Source: Macrostomum hystrix
Lineage: Eukaryota > Animalia > Platyhelminthes
NCBI GenBank assembly: GCA_950097015.1
Contig: CATNEN010000012.1
Span: 620,001 to 684,000 of the forward strand
Length of the DNA stretch: 64,000 nucleotides
Direction: 5' to 3'
Position 1 is the first letter of the stretch, and the number at the start of each line of letters is the position of its first letter. Of the stretch, positions 56,101-64,000 are shown piece by piece. The notes beneath the pieces were generated by a model. The model saw nothing but the letters and a program-made list of their open reading frames with translations. It did not search any database and had not been told where the DNA came from. Both the position numbers and the translations under genes were made by a program.

Positions 56101-59100
56101 TATCTTATCTTGGTTAGTCATCATCTGAACTGGGTGAGTCATCATCTGAACTGGGTGAGTCATTAGATAGATAGATAGATAGTTAGATCCTCCCTGCCGT
56201 CTCGCAGCAACAGGCGGCACTGCAACGGCCTTGGCGGAGTGGCCTTCCCCAGCGAAGCCTGCAACGCGCAGTTGAAGAGCCGCCAGTGCGCCTGCGTCTA
56301 TCACCAACGCCTGCAGCCCAACACGCTAATCAGGGCGATTGCTCACGAGATCGGACACCTGTGAGAGCTGGGTGCGGCTACCTGTTAGTAAAAGAAAAAA
56401 AACAGTAATGTTTCACACCCGTTATATCGTGTTACACCTGTGCTAAAATCTCTCAGCGTCGGTATGCCGGACGACTACGCCGGCCGAAGCAGCCAGCTGT
56501 GTTTCTCTGGCCTCATGCGGTACGGCCTGTACGAGGACAGCGGCTGGTCAACCTGCGCCGTTCAGAACCTAGAGCGGTTTCTGTTGTAAGAAAGTAACTC
56601 AGAAAGAAGAGGCTTGAAATCTGAGACTCACTGAATCCCACTGACTCTCGCTGACTCTCACTGACTCTCGCTGACTCTCACTGAATCTCGCTGACTCTCA
56701 CTGAATCTCGCTGACTCTCACTGACTCTCACTGACTCTCGCTGACTCTCACTGACTCACGCTGACTCTCACTGACTCTCGCTGACTCTCACTGACTCTCG
56801 CTGACTCTCACTGAATCTCGCTGACTCTCACTGAATCTTGCTGACTCTCACTGAATCCCACTGACTCTCGCTGACTCTCACTGACTCTCGCTGACTCTCA
56901 CTGACTCTCGCTGACTCTCACTGAATCTCGCTGACTCTCACTGAATCCCACTGACTCTCGCTGACTCTCACTGAATCTCGCTGACTCTCACTGACTCTCA
57001 CTGACTCTCACTGACTCTCACTGACACTCACTGACTCTCGCTGACTCTCACTGACTCTCACTGACTCTCACTGACTCTCGCTGACTCTCACTGACTCTCA
57101 CTGACTCTCGCTGACTCTCACTGACTCTCGCTGACTCTCACTGACTCTCGCTGACTCTCACTGAATCTCGCTGACTCTCACTGACTCTCACTGACTCTCA
57201 CTGACACTCACTGACTCTCGCTGACTCTCACTGACTCTCACTGACTCTCACTGACTCTCGCTGACTCTCACTGACTCTCACTGACTCTCGCTGACTCTCA
57301 CTGACTCTCGCTGACTCTCACTGACTCTCGCTGACTCTCACTGAATCTCGCTGACTCTCACTGAATCTCGCTGACTCTCACTGAATCCCACTGACTCTCG
57401 CTGACTCTCACTGACTCTCGCTGACTCTCACTGACTCTCGCTGACTCTCACTGAATCTCGCTGACTCTCACTGAATCCCACTGACTCTCGCTGACTCTTA
57501 CTGAATCTCGCTGACTCTCACTGACTCTCACTGACTCTCACTGACTCTCACTGACACTCAGTGACACTCGCTGACACTCACTGCAGCATCGAAGGGAACA
57601 CATGTCTGCATGAGTCCGAGACTCCCAGTCTAGCTGAGTCGCAGTCGCTGCCCCGCCTACCGCAGAACATCGCTTGGCGGGCCAAAGCCTCACAAAGCAG
57701 CACCGCTCATGATGACGAAATGGTGTGGGGAGCGTGGAAGGCCACGGACGGCCACATCTTCGGAGTGCCGCATGAGAATACAGACGGAGATACCAAAAAC
57801 TTGCTGGGTATTGTGCATGAGACTGCACAGGGAATGGGGTAGCTGTCCATGAGGTTTCAGGGTCGTTGTAATATGCGACATGGAATGGGGTGGGTGAGTA
57901 GAAGGTTGGAGTGTGACCGTGTGGTTGGACAGAGAGTGGGGTGGCTGTTCAGGAGGTTGGAGTGTGACCGTGTGGTTGGACAGAGAGTGGGGTGGCTGTT
58001 CAGGAGGTTGGAGTGTGACCGTGTGGTTGGACAGAGAGTGGGGTGGCTGTTCAGGAGGTTGGAGTGTGACAATGTGGTTGGACAGGGAGTGGGGTGGCTG
58101 TTTAGGGGCGAGGGGGGTCAGCGGCTAACGTCGCTGCCTCGCACTCCAAAGGACGCTAGTTCGATTCACCCTTCAGGTCACGATTAATTTCGGTACTTGT
58201 TGGGGGGGTTTGGACAGTAGCGACCGGCGGAGGTGCACCATATTTCGTGCAATCAAAGCTTGAAAAATAGCTTCGCTCCTTCCTTTCTGTGTGCCTGTTC
58301 TGCGTTGTATGAGTTTGTGCGTTGGCGCTGGGGCGTTAGACCTTGCGGGGGGTGGCTGGGGGGCGGGTGTACACCGCCGCGCGCTCATCTGGATTTCCGT
58401 CAGCGCGATTGGATAAAGTGTACACTCGTCACCCGCCCCCCCACCTGACTCCTGAGGACTGATTTCTATCAGCCTTCCGCCCCGCCCCGGCTTGGTCTGC
58501 TCTGTGCGTGTGCGGGCCTGGGGTGAGAGGCACTCCGGCTGCCGCCCCCTTCCCCGCTTGGCTTGCTGCTGTGTGTGTGAGGTGCCTGCTCAGGGGAGGC
58601 GGCGCGATGGGCGGCTCTCGCCTAGTTCGCCGGCCTGGGGGCATGCCGTTCCTGTGTTTGTGCGTCAATTGCCCCAGGCCCCCCTGCAAAGTAAGTAAGT
58701 AAGTAAGGGGTGGCTGTTCAGGAGGTTGGATTGTGGCCGTGTGGTTGGACAGAGAGTGGGGTGGCTGTTCAGGAGGTTGGAGTGTGGCCGTGTGGTTGGA
58801 CAGAGAGTGGGGTGGCTGTTCAGGAGGTTGGAGTGTGGCCGTGTGGTTGGACAGAGAGTGGGGTGGCTGTTCAGGTTGGAGTGTGGCCGTGTGGTTGGAC
58901 AGGGAGTGGGGTGGCTGTTCAGGAGGTTGGAGTGTGGCCGTGTGGTTGGACAGAGAGTGGGGTGGCTGTTCAGGTTGGAGTGTGGCCGTGTGGTTGGACA
59001 GGGAGTGGGGTGGCTGTTCAGGTTGGAGTGTGGCCGTATAGTGACGGGTGGGTAGTCTGAAGGCACTAGATTAATATCAGGAATCCATTCCGCAGGTCAT

Positions 59101-61475
59101 CTTGGCTCGTGCAGTCAGACCAAATTGGAGGTCCGGCCGTGGCTGGTAGTGGAGCTGGACGGCCAATTGGTCTCGACCCTGCCGGTCCTGGTGCACGTGT
59201 ACGGACGAGAAGAGTGCTGTGGTGAGTCAGAGGGTTCGCAACAAACACTTCCCCATTTGCCATATTGAATTGATGCACTGTGTACATATTTCAGAGCATT
59301 CATTGAACAACATTGCGATTGGCGTGGGAAGCCGGAAGCAACCACATCAGCACAAAATTTGCCGCACCTTTGAGAACAGTGAGTCTGGGAGTAAATATTT
59401 AGATAGGTCAGACTGATTGCGATTCGTGACTCCGCACTGCACCAATCAAAATCACCCCTACACCCAACTCCATCCTCCTGCCGCGCAACCCCTTCACCAC
59501 TACCTACATCCACCCCATCCTCCTGCTGCCAACACCTTAACCTCTACCCTACACCCACCCCATCCTCCTGCTGCCAACCACTTCACTACTTCCCTACACC
59601 CGACCCATCCTCCTGTCTCGCAGCCCCTTTACCATTACCCAACACCCACTCCATCCTCCTGCCGCGCAACCAATTCCCCTCTACCCTACACCCACCCCAT
59701 CCTCCTGCTGCCAACCCCTTCACCTCTACCCTATACCATACCCCATCGTCCAAAAAATCAAAACTACTGAACTTTACTCATGCGCAGACGAACACGCTGG
59801 AAAGTACAAGATGCTTTCGCTAAAGTGTCAAAGTGGCCAGTTTTTGTCTATCCAGTCTGTCAGCACCTTCAACACCAGTCTTTCTATCTGCGAAGTCTAC
59901 GTCTTCCAAGGTAAGTACATGACATGCTGCTAGATTTCTAGAGCTAATCATCGAATCCCCATTCGCTCTCCCATACGCGAATTTCAGACGCGCCCCTCGT
60001 GCCGTTCAGCCACGCCGGTCAGACCTGCTTCGATAAGGCTCGCTACTGCGACGAATGGAAAATGGTGGGTGACTGCGACACCCCCAGCCGATACAGCTGC
60101 TCGCGCACCTGCGGCCTCTGCGGACCCTACACGATGACCAGGCCGACAATCGTGAGTGAACAGGCGGTGCCTCTGATCCTGTCTCTTGTGTGTCTCTGAT
60201 CCTGTCTCTTGTGTGTCTCTGATCCTGTCTCCTGATCCTGTCTCTTGTGTGTCTCTGATCCTGTCTCCTGATCCTGTCTCTTGTGTGTCTCTGATCCTGT
60301 CTCCTGATCCTGTCTCTTGTGCCTCTCTGATCCTGTCTCCTGATCCTGTCTCTTGTGTGTCTCTGATCCTGTCTCCTGATCCTGTCTCTTGTGTGTCTCT
60401 GATCCTGTCTCCTGATCCTGTCTCTTGTGTGTCTCTGATCCTGTCTCCTGATCCTGTCTCTTGTGTGTCTCTGATCCTGTCTCCTGATCCTGTCTCTTGT
60501 GTGTCTCTGATCCTGTCTCCTGATCCTGTCTCTTGTGTGTCTCTGATCCTGTCTCCTGATCCTGTCTCTTGTGCCTCTCTGATCCTGTCTCCTGATCCTG
60601 TCTCTTGTGTGTCTCTGATCCTGTCTCCTGATCCTGTCTCTTGTGTGTCTCTGATCCTGTCTCCTGATCCTGTCTCTTGTGCCTCTCTGATCCTGTCTCC
60701 TGATCCTGTCTCTTGTGTGTCTCTGATCCTGTCTCCTGATCCTGTCTCTTGTGTGTCTCTGATCCTGTCTCCTGATCCTGTCTCTTGTGTGTCTCTGATC
60801 CTGTCTCCTGATCCTGTCTCTTGTGCCTCTCTGATCCTGTCTCCTGATCCTGTCTCTTGTGCCTCTCTGATCCTGTCTCCTGATCCTGTCTCTTGTGTGT
60901 CTCTGATCCTGTCTCCTGATCCTGTCTCTTGTGCCTCTCTGATCCTGTCTCCTGATCCTGTCTCTTGTGTGTCTCTGATCCTGTCTCTTGTGTGTCTCTG
61001 ATCCTGTCTCTTGTGTGTCTCTGATCCTGTCTCTTGTGTGTCTCTGATCCTGTCTCCTGTGTGTCTCTGAAAAAGTTTAAACACGTGAGTGACGTATTTG
61101 GGGCGGTTCAATCTTCAGAGGGCTCAGCAGCCGCAGCTCAGTCAGTGCAGGGACAGCCACCGTTACTGCAGATTCTTCGCTGCCAACGGCATGTGCGAAA
61201 AGAAGTGGCTGCACTGCCAGCTGGCCTGCAACCGCTGCGAGGCGGTGCCAACCGCCGCAGCCACCACCGCAGAGATTGCGACAACCAGAACCAGCGCCAC
61301 AGCCACCTCCGAACTAACCACAGTCGAACCCGTAATAGCGACAACAACAGTTGCTATGGCAACAAAACAGACTGAATGCTCGGATACGGATCCGAATTGC
61401 AAGTACTGGACTGAGCATTGTGAAAGGCGACACATCGCCGATGAGTGCTGCAGGAAGTCCTGCGGAACTTGCTGA
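53185..61475 (+). CDS. Secreted reprolysin (M12B, ADAM/ADAMTS-like) metalloprotease with FTP/fucolectin-like domain and three ShKT domains, ~823 aa
   Basis: 15 phase-consistent GT-AG exons (2472 nt): 53185-53323, 53918-54234, 54410-54537, 54927-55176, 55270-55350, 55440-55541, 55637-55713, 56187-56360, 56457-56585, 57587-57807, 59096-59221, 59295-59378, 59788-59910, 59988-60151, 61119-61475. Signal peptide MLLLLLLLPLA; prodomain FSAFSRDWQLSL..N.FLLP. Catalytic domain IYAEFGVIID, LWYLHPSLG, ICRWQ, HEIGHLVGMPDD, Met-turn GLM, WSTC..FL. FTP-like NIA..ASQSST..ATDG..SCSQT..PWLVVEL..REECC..CEVYV. Three 6-Cys ShKT units. Confidence 0.87.
53450..53825. repeat. Polypurine (GA-rich) low-complexity tract
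   Basis: Almost only G and A on the plus strand; lies in intron 1 of the protease gene. Confidence 0.9.
54245..54402. repeat. 19-bp minisatellite (GATGACACTGTCACATCCY)n
   Basis: ~7 copies making up nearly the whole of intron 2 of the protease gene. Confidence 0.88.
55698..56165 (+). repeat. 21-bp minisatellite containing a 5' splice site (AACTGG|GTGAGTCATTATCTT)n
   Basis: ~22 copies; the first copy supplies the end of exon 7 and its donor. Confidence 0.95.
56628..57582. repeat. 10-bp minisatellite (CTGACTCTCA/CTGACTCTCG)n
   Basis: ~95 copies filling intron 9 of the protease gene up to the acceptor at 57586. Confidence 0.95.
57880..59038. repeat. 51-bp minisatellite (GTGTGGTTGGACAGAGAGTGGGGTGGCTGTTCAGGAGGTTGGAGTGTGACC)n, split in two by a SINE-like insertion
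   Basis: Blocks at 57880-58102 and 58707-59038. Confidence 0.92.
58105..58706 (+). mobile_element. tRNA-derived SINE-like element, ~600 bp, (GTAA)4 tail, with target-site duplication
   Basis: The head GGTCAGCGGCTAACG..TGCCTCGCACTCCAAAGG..GTTCGATTC aligns with the element at 31556. A GC-rich body ends in GTAAGTAAGTAAGTAA. GGGGTGGCTGTT is present on both flanks (58091-58102 and 58707-58718). Confidence 0.75.
59455..59745. repeat. Degenerate C-rich repeat (CCCATCCTCCTGC core)
   Basis: ~6-7 diverged copies in intron 12 of the protease gene. Confidence 0.7.
60168..61070. repeat. 36-bp minisatellite (13+23 subunits of CTGATCCTGTCTC[TTGTGTGTCT])
   Basis: ~24 copies filling the last intron of the protease gene; gives the spurious 12-aa periodic ORFs. 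Confidence 0.95.
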
Positions 61476-61714
61476 GCAGCCTGACTGCACGAATCTCACT
61501 AATTCACGGCATGGGTCCTTACATGGTAGTATTTACAGTCACTACGCTCGTATTTTATTCTACGCTACCGTATTGCGCCTAGTAATTCATATGGAATTTG
61601 CTTTATTTGCATACCCAGCTGAGTAGCATTCTAGAGTAAAGCTGACAGCTCAAAATGAATGCACTTCTAACAGCAAATCAGTTCTAGGCAGCTCACAGCA
61701 TTGCGAGGAATATG

Positions 61715-63248
61715 TCCCTGACACTGAGTAGCTGCAGTCCTGACACTTAGTAGCTGGAGTCCTGACACTGAGTAGCTGGAGTCCTGAGACTTAGTAGCTG
61801 GAGTCCTGAGACTTAGTAGCTGGAGTCCTGAGACTTAGTAGCTGGAGTCCTGACACTTAGTAGCTGGAGTCCTGAGACTTAGTAGCTGGAGTCCTGACAC
61901 TGAGTAGCTGGAGTCCTGACACTGAGTAGCTGGAGTCCTGACACTGAGTAGCTGGAGTCCTGACACTTAGTAGCTGGAGTCCTGACACTTAGTAGCTGGA
62001 GTCCTGACACTGAGTAGCTGGAGTCCTGAGACTTAGTAGCTGGAGTCCTGAGACTTAGTAGCTGGAGTCCTGACACTTAGTAGCTGGAGTCCTGAGACTT
62101 AGTAGCTGGAGTCCTGACACTGAGTAGCTGGAGTCCTGACACTGAGTAGCTGGAGTCCTGACACTGAGTAGCTGGAGTCCTGACACTTAGTAGCTGGAGT
62201 CCTGACACTTAGTAGCTGGAGTCCTGACACTTAGTAGCTGGAGTCCTGACACTTAGTAGCTGGAGTCCTGACACTGAGTAGCTGGAGTCCTGACACTTAG
62301 TAGCTGGAGTCCTGACACTTAGTAGCTGGAGTCCTGACACTGAGTACGTAGCTGGAGTCCTGACACTGAGTACGTAGCTGGAGTCCTGACACTGAGTAGC
62401 TGGAGTCCTGACACTGAGTAGCTGGAGTCCTGACACTGAGTAGCTGTAGTCCTGACACTTAGTAGCTGGAGTCCTGACACTGAGTAGCTGGAGTCCTGAC
62501 ACTGAGTAGCTGGAGTCCTGACACTGAGTAGCTGGAGTCCTGACACTTAGTAGCTGGAGTCCTGACACTGAGTAGCTGCAGTCCTGACACTGAGTACGTA
62601 GCTGGAGTCCTGACACTGAGTACGTAGCTGGAGTCCTGACACTGAGTAGCTGGAGTCCTGACACTGAGTAGCTGGAGTCCTGACACTGAGTAGCTGTAGT
62701 CCTGACACTTAGTAGCTGGAGTCCTGACACTGAGTAGCTGGAGTCCTGACACTGAGTAGCTGTAGTCCTGACACTTAGTAGCTGGAGTCCTGACACTGAG
62801 TAGCTGGAGTCCTGACACTGAGTAGCTGGAGTCCTGACACTGAGTAGCTGGAGTCCTGACACTGAGTAGCTGTAGTCCTGACACTTAGTAGCTGGAGTCC
62901 TGACACTGAGTAGCTGGAGTCCTGACACTGAGTAGCTGGAGTCCTGACACTGAGTAGCTGGAGTCCTGACACTTAGTAGCTGGAGTCCTGACACTGAGTA
63001 GCTGCAGTCCTGACACTGAGTACGTAGCTGGAGTCCTGACACTGAGTACGTAGCTGGAGTCCTGACACTGAGTAGCTGGAGTCCTGACACTGAGTAGCTG
63101 GAGTCCTGACACTGAGTAGCTGTAGTCCTGACACTTAGTAGCTGGAGTCCTGACACTTAGTAGCTGGAGTCCTGACACTGAGTAGCTGGAGTCCTGACAC
63201 TGAGTAGCTGGAGTCCTGACACTGAGTAGCTGGAGTCCTGACACTTAG
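61715..63248. repeat. 22-bp minisatellite (AGTAGCTGGAGTCCTGACACTG)n
   Basis: ~68 copies downstream of the protease gene. Confidence 0.95.
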
Positions 63249-64000
63249 ATCAAACAGCAGCGTCACTATCACTCTGGATGTTGCTTCATGCATCGGTGAA
63301 CACTGGTCTTGAATTCAGAGAACAAAAAATATACTTTAATGCTGTTGTTTATTTATTTTACCACTAGTTGTTTTTAACAGCTCACTAAGAATTATTAATG
63401 AAGGCATAAAATTTATGTCACATTGATTCAGATCTTTTTCTAAGAAAAATGCTTTAAATTTTAATTTTGATTTTAATTTTAAACAATGTGATGTGCTGTA
63501 GACTGCTGAGCAGCCTCCAGACAATCCGTGATTCAGGCTGTCCTAGGTCTGTGGGAGGGCTGGGGTGTAGGTAGCTTGTGTTTCCCGTGCACATTCACCT
63601 CCGCTCGCCACCCCCTCCTCTTTCTCTCTCTCGTTCCAGCTCTGTCTGCGCACTGAGTTACATTGCACGCCATGGTGCAATCGCTTCGGTTCGGAAGAAG
63701 ACTGGCAGAATATCGCTCAAATGCTCCTACTATAAGTAGAGCACAGTCTGACGAATACGCAGGGTTGTGTTAGCATTATGGTAGCACAACTTCTCTACTT
63801 TCATGGCACTGTGTGGACTGAAATTTCTTCATGCGTTTGTGCTTACCGTTTGTGTTTGCAATTCATTTACTTTGCCTCCTGAGACTTTAGAAACTTATTG
63901 TCGAGCTAGGCCATACATAGCATTTTGAAGCTTTGTATATCGCCCGTTCGAGTATAAGGTCCACAGGGGCTAACAGGACGTAGTCCGAACAAGGAAAGCA

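Noticed and set aside
58473-58691. Constitutive Cys-rich/TSP1-like exon of the protease
   Set aside because: It lies inside the SINE-like insertion, has no proper TSP1 pattern, and the FTP domain is continuous without it via the 57807-59096 junction.
59984-61111. 375-aa and 271-aa periodic ORFs
   Set aside because: Translation of the 36-bp intronic minisatellite; the flanking real exons splice across it in phase.

Overview
Eukaryotic (metazoan) genomic DNA, not prokaryotic. GC-rich exons with GT-AG introns sit among AT-rich spacers, and many introns are packed with unrelated minisatellites. This pattern, with a (TTAGGG)n tract and Ala/Gln-rich proteins, resembles the free-living flatworm Macrostomum; that is inference only. 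Exon structures below were reconstructed by hand from splice sites and codon phase. Genes in order: a C2H2 zinc-finger gene (+), a five-domain PDI/ERp72-like gene (-) head-to-head with PNPO (+), an AKAP1/spoonbill-like KH-Tudor gene (+), a large low-complexity gene of unknown family (+), a polyQ protein with repeated EWTVYET motifs (-), an aminergic-like class A GPCR (+), and a 15-exon secreted reprolysin-type metalloprotease (+). The protease has an HExxHxxGxxD zinc motif, a fucolectin (FTP)-like domain and three ShKT domains, and is the most unusual protein here. Also present: two tRNA-headed SINE-like elements (one with a target-site duplication and a (GTAA)n tail), a minisatellite built from an amplified splice donor, higher-order satellites, and an inverted satellite pair. 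There is no CRISPR array or rRNA, and no intact tRNA is evident. Most long ORFs in the supplied track are artefacts of tandem repeats. All family assignments come from motif recognition, not database searches.
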